This document shows positions 1 through 12,197 of a DNA stretch of 64,000 bases, one piece after another. A program made the translations under genes and the position numbers. The first letter of the stretch is position 1. The number at the start of each line of letters is the position of its first letter. The notes beneath the pieces are model-generated. The model saw only the letters and a list, made by a program, of their open reading frames with translations. It had not been told where the DNA came from and did no database searches. The DNA comes from Tricharina praecox (Eukaryota): NCBI RefSeq assembly GCF_024521635.1, contig NW_026250420.1, positions 62,001 to 126,000 of the forward strand, written 5' to 3'.

Positions 1-900
1 GGATAGATCGATTCAATCTGTTTCTCGCCGAGATGGTGGTTGTAAGGTGTTGTCTTTGCGATGTGTGGCTAGCCAACAATCTCAAAGGGCGACAACGACA
101 ACTAGTGGAGTGGTCACAACGACAGCTCGCTCAAATAAAGTTGTCGTCGAAGCAAATAGGGCTTCACATGCCGTTCAAATCTTGGGGTCGAAGCACTTAG
201 GGCTTCACGTTGTAGCCCACACACCCAAATAGTTTTTGTGCAGCCCTCCGATTCTCTACCACCACCAACTCTCTCACCTCCTTCTCACTTCAACCTCTCA
301 CTTCAACCTCTCAGCTCAACTTTTCCGCTACCACAACTACCTACGGCCTTTGATATCACCATCGCTACCACAAAAGACTTCACCACACTTGTTGTCACTC
401 ATACCTCTTGATAGACATGAAAGACCAGAATAAGAATAGTAAGTGAATCATACCCCTCTGCTCTCTCCTAGGTGAAAATACATCTGGAGAACTTGTGGGA
501 GTTTTGCCTGGGCTCGCTGTGAGGAATACAGACACTCCATGGAGCATGATTTGCTTCAATTGTTCCATGGAATGGGATGGCATCCGGTTTCCTTTAGCTG
601 CGCAAGGGCCAAAGCTGTATAGCTGTATTTGGCTGCGAATTTGATAATAACGGACCATGGCAGATCGACCGCGACCGCGATGGCTACCATCGTCTGAAAC
701 AGCACCGGAGAGTATCCAGTCACCTTCGGGTTCGGGTATGTCATTTCTGTTGTGATCCGTCCGCGATGCAAACCCGTGCATAAGCTGATATTCAAGCAGT
801 GAGATACATTACCACAGCTAAACGCCCGTCTGGCGGCTCTAGGCTCCAGACAACTAGACCCCCCGCTGCGGACAGTAATCTGGACAAATCCACATTTTCA

Positions 901-2145
901 ATGTTCACTGTCAAGATCCCGCATAAAGGACATGGAGGTTCGAGCCAGAAGAAGACTTCCTCAAACAAAGACCACCGCACCCATCCTAACGGCGGATTAT
1001 CTCCTAACAACAAGTATGCGTTTGAAGATATGGCGAAGACCGATATTGGAGATACTCGCTCACAAGCTCGGGCCAGTTCAAGTAAGAATACGGAAAAGAA
1101 ACACCTTGCCATGAAGACCCCCCCCAGCAACATCAAGCACTATGTGTTTGTAGATGTTCTTCCCGAAAATAACGACAAAATTTTTGATTCCCGCGATGCT
1201 TCACTGGGAAGTCAGCCCCGATACATGTGGCACCAGCAACAAGCGGGCCGCAGTAAGCGACCAAGGGCCGAAGATCCAGTAGAGGTGCCCAGCGAGGAGG
1301 AGTCGGATGGTCCAGGTTCTACCAGATACGAGACACCAATGAGGCGCACAGATGTGGGTGCCGGATATGATCTCCGGGTGGGGCCGCCGCCAACGAAGGC
1401 GAAGAAGCCGTGCTTGACGATGCCTGAGAAACCACCCTCTGCTGCTACGGTTGCTGCCGAACAAGTCTGGAGAGACAGATCCGAAGCCGTGACTCCTACA
1501 CCTGCTGGTAGATATTATGACACAGCCCCCCGTCCGCCGGCTTCAAATGGTCCATGGAGGACCCTCTGCATGCAGGATATCAGGCCCGATGGATACGTGA
1601 GCGACAAGGTGCCGAAAATGGTATATGCGGAGGTTTGTGCACTGTACCGTGCCGAGGTTGCTGCCGCCGCTTCCGCCACTGCTGCCGCCGTTCCCGCAAG
1701 GAGAACCCCCACCATCTCCGATCCGATGCCCCAAGGGGATGTTCGTGACAGGTCGACCGCGTCGACGCCTACGGGCAGTGAGGCTGCTATTTCTAACACC
1801 ATCGCCATTGGTGCTCGTTCTGGTGTTCCCGCTTCTTCTAGCGCCGACGCCTCTTCCCCCGCAAGAAGGGCTCCTATGTTCATCGACCTGACGCTGGACG
1901 ATAGCGAGGAGGAGGAGGAGGAGGTTGCAGCTCCGGCTAGCAACCCTCCCTGGGCCACTATGGACATCATTGAGATTTTCAACGCTGCCATGAGGGAGGC
2001 TGCTGCCAGCTCTGCTCCTCCCGCTGCTCCTCCCGCTGCCGCCGGATACCACGTTGACCGTGACGGGTACGATTTTTGTCCCGAATGTGAAGAAGCGTGC
2101 TCAGCCAGGATGAAATCTATATATAAGGCCAATTGCAGGTGTTAG
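901..2145 (+). CDS. Orphan low-complexity protein with a SUMO-interacting-like motif and a Cys-rich C-terminus
   Basis: Uninterrupted ORF 799-2145 with first ATG at 901. Pro/Ala/Ser-rich. Contains MFIDLTLDDSEEEEEE and ends FCPECEEAC...CRC. No family recognised. Confidence 0.5.
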   Translation: MFTVKIPHKGHGGSSQKKTSSNKDHRTHPNGGLSPNNKYAFEDMAKTDIGDTRSQARASSSKNTEKKHLAMKTPPSNIKHYVFVDVLPENNDKIFDSRDASLGSQPRYMWHQQQAGRSKRPRAEDPVEVPSEEESDGPGSTRYETPMRRTDVGAGYDLRVGPPPTKAKKPCLTMPEKPPSAATVAAEQVWRDRSEAVTPTPAGRYYDTAPRPPASNGPWRTLCMQDIRPDGYVSDKVPKMVYAEVCALYRAEVAAAASATAAAVPARRTPTISDPMPQGDVRDRSTASTPTGSEAAISNTIAIGARSGVPASSSADASSPARRAPMFIDLTLDDSEEEEEEVAAPASNPPWATMDIIEIFNAAMREAAASSAPPAAPPAAAGYHVDRDGYDFCPECEEACSARMKSIYKANCRC

Positions 2146-4435
2146 CGGCCTGTGATGGGGGGGGGTGGGAAGAGTTGGAAGCTGGAGGTGCCCGTTCCCC
2201 GCATCCGGCTACTCCCATCCCCATTCCCTTTCGATGATACATTTTCTGTTGTTTCCTGCGTTTTCCTGCCCTTAATACTCCTTGCCTTAATACTCCTTCC
2301 CTTAATACTCCTTCCCACCTACCATTTTCGTTTTCTTTTTTGTTTCTGTTCTTTCCTTTTTTATTTTATTTTAATGTTTGTTTGCTTCATGAGCGGTACC
2401 TGTTCTACTAGTACATAGCTTCAATGGAACACATTCATTCATTCATCTGTCAGTGTGAAGTTCGGTCAGTCGGTGCTTTCACAAAAAACAAACTTCTATT
2501 CGGTACCTACCGGTAGGTATCCGAGTCTATGGGGTGAGAATATATGATTCCAGAGTCACTCCATTAAGAGAAGTTCGACGGGATAACGGGACAAAAATGA
2601 TTGGACGGGCCCCGTTCTCCACCAAAACGGCCATTTCCACACAATCAAAGCCTACCCAGGGGGCCGGCTTTACTTGGCGGGAAACCTTGGTATCTTTCAC
2701 AGACTCCAGACTCCAGAGGTCTTGGAATGATCACTGCTAATAGGTTTCATCGATACAAAAAGGCCACTACGTTTATCGCGGATTCATGGCGTACAAGGTC
2801 ATGCTATGCAGCAGTTGAAATGTGACTTTGGATTTCCCATCCAGAAAGCTGGGGTACTAGTAGTACCTGGTAACCACCAACTTTTCTCCCGCACCACATT
2901 GCTAAACCACAACTATAAACCCATCCACACAATCGCCGAGGTCTTATTGTAGTCCATGAGGGTTTTTAACAAAAAAATGTGGTCGGGATGTTACAGTTAT
3001 CTACGGCTGAAAATGGCTATTTCTGAGTGAAACCCGGGTTTTATCCAGTTCTTTCCGTCAGGGCGGTGAATTCTACTCAATTTTCGTCCACATATTTACA
3101 CACCGGTACTCTGTTTATTCCCATCCCAAGCCCCCGGTGCTCGATTCTCGATGTTCGATGCTCGGAACTCGCTAAACATTTAACCTGGCACCACCACCAC
3201 ACTTCCGAAAGACGTGCAGCGGATGGATGCGTTGGTCACGCCGCCACACTCTTGGTGGCTGCCGGTTAGCGCTTCGGCTCGGCCCTGGACATCGGTTGGA
3301 TGAATCCCTGCGGCGGCGACTACTGGTATCTAGTACCACTGGCCTACGGTACAGGCAACGTGGTTCCTATGTAACCGCACGATTTCTATGTAATGCTCCT
3401 GACATGACTGTGTTCGAGTACACTTGTTCCACTATTAAGGGCTTCCGGTATCCTGAACAATGAGCACCCCGCTTCTTGCCTGCTTTTGTCCATCCGTAAC
3501 TATCTGGGAACGAAGATCTAGGTACTAGGTATACCTACATTTCGAGCCAGATGCGCACGCACACGTAGGCAGGAACTTGGGTATTCCTCGCCTGATTGCT
3601 GTGCATAAAGTTGATGGTAGTTGGCGCCCAGCTTGAGGATTTCCAACAGGCCCGTACCGGTGAACGGTCGAATGGGAGTACTAGTAGACTAGAGAGCTAG
3701 GTACACCGCCGCGTCAGATGTCTCGTGGGATATGGAGGCCATCGTTGCTTCCTTCCTTCCTTTTGCGAGTTCCCCACCATCTACCGAGCACCAGCTCTAC
3801 TTGGTGGGAGAAGAAACAGTTGGCTATCTAGAGCACTTATCTACATACAACCCACGCTTGGGCACAATCCAGCCGTGGCCCGTAATTGAGTGATGTCCCA
3901 TGATACTCTCGAGTCTCTCGGTGGGCATAACCAACATCTCTGGCGTCCTCGGGTTTCCCCAACTGTACTAGGCGAGAGCCGACTTTAACTATTATTGGCC
4001 GGCCGTGCATCGGGCGGGTGTTATGCATACCTACCGCATGGGCGAGCTAGGAAGTGCATATACCTACTAAGATGTGCATATACCCACCACATATCCAAGT
4101 CTCCAACACACCTGCGTGAGCGGGGAACTCTGCCATGGATACCGACTGACTGCGGGGTCGGGGACTATCTTTCTGTCACAGCTGGACGGCGGTTGGTTGG
4201 CTGGTTGGCTGAATAGCGGCCGCGATGCACTGTATCTCTCTAGCCAGGAATGTATGTAGGGTACGGTATTCTTGGAGTACCGCGCATGCAGAAGCATCTG
4301 TAGGACCAGCCCCATGGTTTGATTTTGAATGGATTGCTGTTCACCGCCACCGTCCCATCCCATCCCATAAAGCGAGTGGATACCCCTCCTTTCTTTGCGA
4401 GAGAAATTTCGCTACATACAGACAAATCCAACATC

Positions 4436-6055
4436 ATGTCCGCTCCTGCTGCTGCGTCTCCTGCTGCTGCTTCCGCTGAACCGGCGGCTGCCTCTACTAA
4501 TGCTGCCACGGCGCCCATCGACCTCGGCGTTATCGAGGCTGATAGCGGTGATGTTCGTCTCCATCCGATCTTCGCCTCCGACTCCCCCCTTCCCTTCCCC
4601 CACGATGGCTAATGTTTTGATTCCAGGACGACTCCGCTCTTGGCTCTGGAGTGTATGCACCCCCCGCCAGCTGTGAATGGGATTTGCGCTCACCCGTGCA
4701 CAGTGACACCGATACGACAAGTCTGAGCTCTACACTACAGGACTACGTCTTCGAGAATGGTACATATCCATCCCGTGTGTAGGAACAGGGGAAACTATGA
4801 GTTGGTCTAACGCGGCGTTGATCGATAGGCCGCCGGTATCATCGGTATTTGGAAGGGAAATATCCTCTCCCGAACGACGAGACTGAGCAGGATCGGTACG
4901 TACATGCAAAGCTCCACGACTCCGAGACAGACAAGTACACCCCGTGGCTAATACGAGTATCCTTGTCTGCAGCATCGACTTGCACCACCACAGTACGGCG
5001 TTCCTTTCTTTCCTCGTGTGGGAACAACTGCTAATAGGATGTCCCAGTCTGCCTCCTCTCCGCCGGCGGGAACATCACCTTCGCCCCCGTCCAGAACCCC
5101 CAGCGTATCCTCGATGTCGGCACCGGCACTGGTATCTGGGCTCTCGACGCCGCCGAGTAAGCCTCTAGATCTCCCCCTTCCATTCAGAACCCAACCCCTA
5201 ACACGCCCAGAACCTGGCCCTCCGCAGAAGTAATCGGCACGGACCTCTCCCCCATCCAGCCAACCTGGACCTTCGCCAACTGCCGCTTCGAAATTGTGAG
5301 TCCGCCTCCCCCTCTTCGCCCCCATCCACTAACCGCATCCCTAGGACGACGCCGAAAACACGTGGACCTGGCCCGCGGACCACTTCGACCTGATCCACAG
5401 CCGGTTCATGGCGCAGACGATCCGGGACTGGGACAAGTACCTCGGTCAAATCTACACGCACACGAAGCCGGGCGGGTACACCGAGATCGTCGAGATCTAC
5501 TGCGACATATTCTGCGACGACGGGTCTCTGCCGGCGGACGGCGCGCTGCGAAAGTACTACAACAAGTGGAACGAGCTGGCCGAGATCGCGTTCGGCCGGA
5601 AGCAGCCGCTCATGGACGAGTATATACGTGATGTTGAGAAGGCGGGGTTCGTCGATGTGAAGTGCTATAAGAGGAGACAGTTCCTGAGCCCCTGGCCGAA
5701 GGATCCTGTCCTTAAGCAGATCGGCAGGTATGGATTGCTTAATATTCAGACGGGGTTTCACGCTTATGGGTATGCGATCACACGACTCCCCCCTCCCCTT
5801 GGATCTACTGACATGCATAGAATGGCACTCTTCACCCGCCTGGGCGGCATGACCGTCGAGGAGGCTACGGCTATGTGCGAGGCCGCTGCAGTCGCCGGCG
5901 CGGATGTGCGCCAGCACTGCTACAACAAGATGTACATGCACTTCCTCCCATCCTCCCAATCTCCCAATTGATCGTTGCGTGGTGCATGGTGCTAATACTC
6001 AGTGAATAGCTGGTTCATCGTGGGAAGAAAGCCCGGAGGCAGTGACGATAATTGA
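4436..6055 (+). CDS. Class I SAM-dependent methyltransferase, LaeA-like/TAM family, ~9 introns
   Basis: Spliced by eye: MSAPAAA..., SLSSTLQDYVFENGRRYH, YPLPNDETEQDR, RILDVGTGTGIWA (motif I), GTDLSPIQP, FDLIHSR, PWPKDP, GRKPGG, then TGA at 6055. Introns are GT-AG, most with CTAA-type branch points. Confidence 0.92.
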
Positions 6056-6673
6056 TCAGTGACGATAACTGATCACGGGTGATCACGCTGAGGGTTTAGG
6101 ACGGACTGAAAACGAATTTATTTTTGTTGGTTCATTCTGCATACTTCCTAGTAGGCAGGGCAGACTTGAGTATGGGATGGATACACACATAGGTACAGAC
6201 AGACGTATCTCTTTGTCCCAGGAATTGAATGACTTTTATGTATCATACGGCCGAGATTTTCCGTGCTGCGTGTGGCATATGTAGGTACAACTCCTGCACT
6301 TCCGACGTCCGTGAGTCGACTGTTGATCGCCTGCTGGTACTGGTGCTGGGACTTGCACTTCTGGTAGTTTTAGTAGTTCTTGAGACCGTACTCGAGACTG
6401 CCCGCCTCCTCCGCCATCACACGGCTCCAGACTCAAGTAGTTCCACCCGCCAGTGCTACAGTTAAACACAGCGCATCACTCGTCCTCATGGATCACGGTC
6501 GAAATTTTTCTTTTTTCTTTATTTACCGAAGTACTTTTTACCACGGTTCAACCGCTCCAATGATAGTTACAAATGGTGTAGGTTCCACCAAGATCCTCTG
6601 CCGAACAGAACGGGTAGGAAAGGCGAGTTACTCCAAGCAACCCCCCAACAGCACCCCTACCTACCTATTCACA

Positions 6674-8616
6674 CTACCGCTCCTCCAGCACCACCCCGAC
6701 CTCATCAGTCATACACAGCGCCATGAGGCCAGTACTCCTATCGACACAGCCCCTGACCCTTTCCATCGCCTGCTGCTGCGTCTCCGCCCCCTTCCTCGCG
6801 CATCTGACCCTCCTGCCGCGCATCACGACCGCGACGACAGCAACAAACTCGACGCTCGCAAACTTCCGTCCGAGACAGACCCTCTGGCCGCCACTAAACG
6901 GAACGTAGCTGCCCATTCTGGGCCTGTATAACCCCGGCGCCTCGGCCCAATCGCCCTCCGGCTGCGGGAACTGCGCGAGATGGCTGGTCTTGTTGGTGGC
7001 GTCCCAGAGCGCCGGCTGGAAGCGGGAGGCATGTGGCCCCCAGTACGAGGGGTGCTGGTGCAGACCCGCCGCGTTCACCGTTACCATCGTGTGCGCGGGC
7101 AGATGGTGCGTTTGGCCACGGAAGGTGAGCGGTTGCGGCGTGAGCGTGGATTTGGCGTGGCCGGGGACCGGCGGGAAGAGGCGGAGGGTTTCGAGCTGGG
7201 GGTGTTAGTTAGCGGGGGTGTTAGTTAGCGGGGGTGGGGGAGCGGGGGGAAGTGCATACCATGAGGCAGCGGACGACTGCCAGGCGGTCGTAGACTTTGT
7301 AGTCCCACTGGCTGGGGTCTTCCGGCAGCCCGGCGAGCTGCTCATCGAGGCGGTTGAGGAACCACTCCTGCTCCTCTGGGTGGAGTGCGAGCATGACCAG
7401 TGCGTACTGCATGGTGGTAGCCGTCGTCTCGTGCCCGGCAATGCTGAAGATGAACGTGTTGCCGATGATCTCGCGGTCAGTGAGCGTGTCGGTGCCGCCA
7501 TCGTCTTCTGTGTGGGTGTGGACGAGCGACGAGAGCAGGTTCCCCCCACCTACACCTGCGGTGGACGCGCCCTTCTCCTTCACCTTCTCCCGCTCCCGCC
7601 GGATCAGCGCGTTGACGTAGCCCTCAACGTCGGCGATCGCCTTGCGCGCTCCCCGCGACGCCCACGCGGGAAGCGACAGCGCCGCGATGATCGTGGGCAG
7701 GTGCAGGCTGATGTGCTCGAGTGCGGCGCGCCAGCAGCGAGAGTAGCCCGGCGGCGGTGTGCCATCGCTGAAGAACGCGTTCTCTCCGCCGGTGTTGGCG
7801 GCGTCGACCCCGGTGGAGAAGGATAGGCTCACTCCAAAGGCGGCGCTGGAGATCACGTAGAGGGTTATCCGCCGGAAATCCCGGAGGGTGCTGCTGACGA
7901 GAAGTGAGTTCGGGGATGAGGGCGCGGCGTAGTCGGCTAGCGGCGGCTGGGTGTGCCAGGACTGGAGCATCCCCGTCGCTTGCGCGATGGCTTGTGTCCA
8001 CACCAGGCCGTTGTTGCGCTCGTTAAATGGCGGGCCGACGTGTTTTCTGTGGTGGACCCATGTGGTGTCGTCACACTGTGTACGAAGTCAGATCTCCCGG
8101 GTAGCTACAGGACAGCGGGAGTGGGATGCTTACCGCGACAACATTATCCCCAAACAGCTTGAGATGACCTACGCCGACACTGTATTAGCTCCAATTCATC
8201 CTTCTCCTCCAATCCCTCCATCAGTACACACTGTAATTCCAACTCGGCTTCCAAAACCTCCCTCGGCCATTCAGCACCTCCTGGGCGGCATCGGCATCGG
8301 CGACGTAGACATGCATAGCGCCACTCGTGATCATAACCAGGACATCTCCAACCTCTTCATGGACGGTGTACTTCGAGTGCCAGCGTCTCAGATACGTGGT
8401 GAAGTTGACGTAGGCGGCGAGGCGGTGGGGCAGCAAATGGAACAGCGGCCCCATGTTCATTGCGATGAAGTACCATGTCTTGTTGTCCGGAATGATGGAT
8501 GAGAAGTACGGGAGGCCGATGCGGCGGGCGATGGTCAGGTTCTGGCCGTAGAGGTATAGGTGGTAGAGGAGCCCGCTGAGGAGGGCGAGCAGGACGGTCG
8601 GCAGGATGAGTGACAT
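6674..8616 (-). CDS. Cytochrome P450 monooxygenase, 3 introns
   Basis: N-terminal membrane anchor, I-helix AGHETTA, ExxR motif (LETLRLFPP) and heme motif FSGGQRVCLG. The exons join in frame. Confidence 0.95.
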
Positions 8617-9129
8617 CTTGGGATGAGCGCTGGGAGCTCACGGTGGTTGCGAGCTAGGACGCAGGGAATAAGTACCTCCTCCCTCTACTTGGTACTAGTT
8701 ACTTTCATACGACTACATACTATTACTGTGCAGTCGCTCATCGCCGCTAGCTGGTAATGTCTTTATAGTCGAAGCTCGTATTGACGACACGGGGACCTTG
8801 CTAGTTGCAGCAGTCAGCTCCAGAGTCCAAAACAGCGTAGGCAGCGCAGGTCCTGAGGTACATAGTGATAGGTACCCATTGCTATTATAGGTGTCGGCCT
8901 GCTGGTATTCCGACTCATGAGTCATGCGCTAGGGAGCTATCGGGAGCTGGTTGATACCCAAGAGATATGTACCCAGGAGCTCGAGAAACGCATGTTCAAC
9001 TTTAAAGGCTAGCTCACGCTAGCTTACCCGGCGCGAGGATGCTTAACGCGCGACGCGATACTGCTAGTAAAAGTACTTTAACACCTCCGAGCTTCAGGCA
9101 ACGTGACAAGATCACGATCGCCACTGACA

Positions 9130-10582
9130 ATGCACCCACTACTTCTCCGGCTGTCATTCCTTTCAGCCGCAGTCGCGATTACGAGCTACAGCATCAACCG
9201 GATCGTTCCCGAGCCATATCTAGTACTCGTGCCTCCATCCAGTGCGTCCAGCGGTGGTGCTAACATCGCCAGGATGAAGCCTTCCACATCCCGCAAGCAC
9301 TCGCCTACTGCCGCGACGCATTCGACGTGTGGGACCCCAAACTGACCACACCCGCCGGGTTGTACCTGCTCAGCTACCCGCTGTCCTTCTTCGACGCGTG
9401 CACGCCATCGTTCCTGCGTGCAGTAAATGCCTTCGGCGTTGCGGTGCCACTGCCAGTGCTCATCTACCGGATCCAGCAAGCGATCCACGGGCGCCGCGGT
9501 GCATCCACTAACGCGGATAATGCGCAGACGGCATTGAACGTGGCGCTGTTCCCGCTGCTGTACTTCTTCGGCGGGCTGTATTATACCGATGTCTGGAGCA
9601 CCATCTTCGTGCTGGCCGCGTATCTGGCAACGCTCAAGAGGTCCCCGTGGGCCGCCGCCGTGTTTGCCTGGCTCAGTCTGTGGTTCCGCCAGACGAATGT
9701 GGTGTGGACGGTGTTTATTGCGGCGGGTTGGCTGGTCACGAGGTTGCAGGAGGTGGATGCGGGAGTGTATAATCCGCCGATTTCGGCTGAGCTCGTGCTC
9801 GGAGGTAATGCTGCGCACCGCTCCCTTGAAGTGGCTACGTAGGTAGATATACTAACGAGATAGACTTCATCTCCACGCCGCCCTCGCTCCTCCTCGCCGC
9901 GCTCCGCAACCCCGTCGTGACCCTCAACGCCCTCGCACCGTTCTTAATCCCACTCACCTCCTTCCTCGCCTTCCTAATCACCAACAACTTCACCATCGTC
10001 CTTGGCGACGCGAGCGCACACGTTGCGTCACTACACCTCCCGCAACTCCTCTACTTCACGGGCGCGGTGTCCTTCTTCAGCTGGCCGCTCCTCCTGCCCA
10101 TCCTGCCCAGTCTCCGCCCCACGCCCACCAAAGCGCTAAGCCTCACGCTCCTCGCCGCCTTCCTCGCCGCAGCAATAAAATACAACACGATCTTGCACCC
10201 CTACCTGCTCGCTGACAACCGGCACTACACCTTCTACGTATTCCGGCGGGTGCTGCTGCGACTACCATTCTTTTTGCCGGTGCCGGCGTACGTGCTCTCG
10301 TTGTGGCTGCAGCTGCGCGCCGCGACCGCCAGCACTACGGCCGCGTGGATGCTGCTGTTCGGCGCGGCAACGGCTGCAACATTAGTCTCCGCCCCGCTCG
10401 TCGAGCCCAGGTATTTCATCACCGCGTGGACGCTGTGGAGGTGCCATGTGAGCGTGCGTGGAAGGTGGCTGTGGGTTGAGGCCGCGTGGTATGCGGCTGT
10501 CGGGGCGGTGACAATCGGAGTGTTCTTGGCGAGGACGTTTGAGTGGCCCGGGGAGGAGGCGAGGATGCGGTTTATGTGGTAG
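9130..10582 (+). CDS. ALG10: Dol-P-Glc alpha-1,2-glucosyltransferase Alg10/Die2, 2 introns
   Basis: Motifs PEPYL/DEAFHIPQA, WDPKLTTPAGLY, LYYTDVWS, FRQTN, HPYLLADNRHYTFY, LVEPRYF and C-terminal RFMW. Confidence 0.95.
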
Positions 10583-10855
10583 TGCAGTGGTGGTGGGGGG
10601 TGATAGTTAGTGATGGAGCACGAGTGTGTAGAATAGTAGGATACCCTGTGCCGAGGTTGAATAGACGCAAGTTGCAACGCGTTGAACCGCGATCGTATGT
10701 AGCCGTACCCGGTCCCGGTCCGAGTGCACGCATACATACCCGTAGCTGCCCAGCTGTCCAGGTCCCAGGTACCACTTACTCCAGAACTCAGTATATCCTC
10801 AACCTCCCTCCACCACCCCCAATTCACAGCCAAAAGACCCAAAAGAAACCCAAAA

Positions 10856-11598
10856 ATGTCCAGAACCTCCCTCACCAGCGCAAGCGACCGCCCCCTGCGC
10901 GGCGCAGACCTGAGCATAACCGACCCGAAAGCGCGAATCGAGGACTTCCTCTCGTTCGCGCGCGAGCCGGAGTATCACGTACGCCCCCTTCTGCCCTCCC
11001 TTTTGCCTCAGTCCCCCCGCTCCAGCAGCAGTAGTAGCAGCAGCAGCCCCTCCAGCTGCCCCGTCCCCCTCAGTAGCAGCTAACAGAGAAGAAATAGGGC
11101 TTCGACACTTTACTCCTCCCCCACCTGACGCTCCTCTCCAGCACCCTCCCCACCCCTTCGTCCCCCTCCCCCCCTAGCCCCAGCACCCCCAGCACCCCCA
11201 GCACCCCCTCTTTAACCATCTTCTCCTTGGTTATCCCCCCCACGTTAACCAACCGTATGTCCAACCTGCACGGCGGCGCGGCCTCCTTGATCTTCGACGT
11301 ATGCACAACCTGCGCGCTCGTTCCCTACGCGCGGCGCGGGTTCTGGCAGTTCGCCGGCGTGACGCGGAGTCTGAACGTTTCCTACCTGCGGCCGGCGAAA
11401 TTGGGGCAAAAGGTGGAGGTCAGGTGCGAGGTTGTTAGTATTGGAAAACGGTTGGCGACTGTGAGGGGGGAGATATGGGGGGAGGTCGAGGGGGACAAGG
11501 GGAAAGAGGTGGAGGGGGGACAAAAGAGGCTCATGGTGTGTGAGCATCTCAAAGTCGGGATTGATCCGCCTGTTAGGGGGGAGGGGGCGAAGTTGTAG
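10856..11598 (+). CDS. Hotdog-fold PaaI/ACOT13-like acyl-CoA thioesterase, 1 intron
   Basis: Motifs NRMSNLHGGAASLIFD and GVTRSLNVSYLRPA. Intron ~10979-11097. Confidence 0.88.
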
Positions 11599-11948
11599 TG
11601 GTGGGGAGGGTGGTGGAGGTGGTACATATGGGAAGGAGATGATGAACGAGAAGAGGGTGGCATTAATTGGTTTTTTTTTGTTTGGAATTATAAACATGCA
11701 AACACCCCAGCAGGCAACACCTCCAGCAGGCAGGGCAAACACTCCCATCCGGCAGCCAGTACAATACAAAGCTTCTTACATACTTCAACGAAATGGTATA
11801 TAGCCCAGTCCCTTAGTCCTCCCCGTCCATACAATAAAAAAGGCAAAAGGTGCAAAAATAAAGTAAACCCCCAAAGAAAAAGACAAGAAAAAAAACAAAA
11901 GATGACGATGTGATTCCACTATACACTTTCCCCCCTCCCTCCTCCCTC

Positions 11949-12020
<72 letters not shown>

Positions 12021-12197
12021 CCCCCACCTCCTCCCCCACCTCCTCCCCCCCCTCCTCCTCTAAAACACCCCCCACCCCCACCCCCCACCCCCCACCGCCC
12101 AGAAACGATCACAATCCGCCCCTAAACCAGCCCATACAAAGGAACCCAAAAGAAAAAGTTGAAAGCGCGAACCAACATCAATTATGTATCCAAGTCG

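Noticed and set aside
2940..3109. Possible right end of a large TIR element (..CATATTTACACACCGGTA) with weak similarity of ~3001-3030 to ~55445-55473
   Set aside because: The partner end would be outside the window, the similarity is short and AT-rich, and its orientation does not fit a TIR.
4436..11598. Methyltransferase, P450 and thioesterase as a secondary-metabolite cluster
   Set aside because: No PKS, NRPS, terpene synthase or cluster regulator is present, and the housekeeping gene ALG10 is interspersed.
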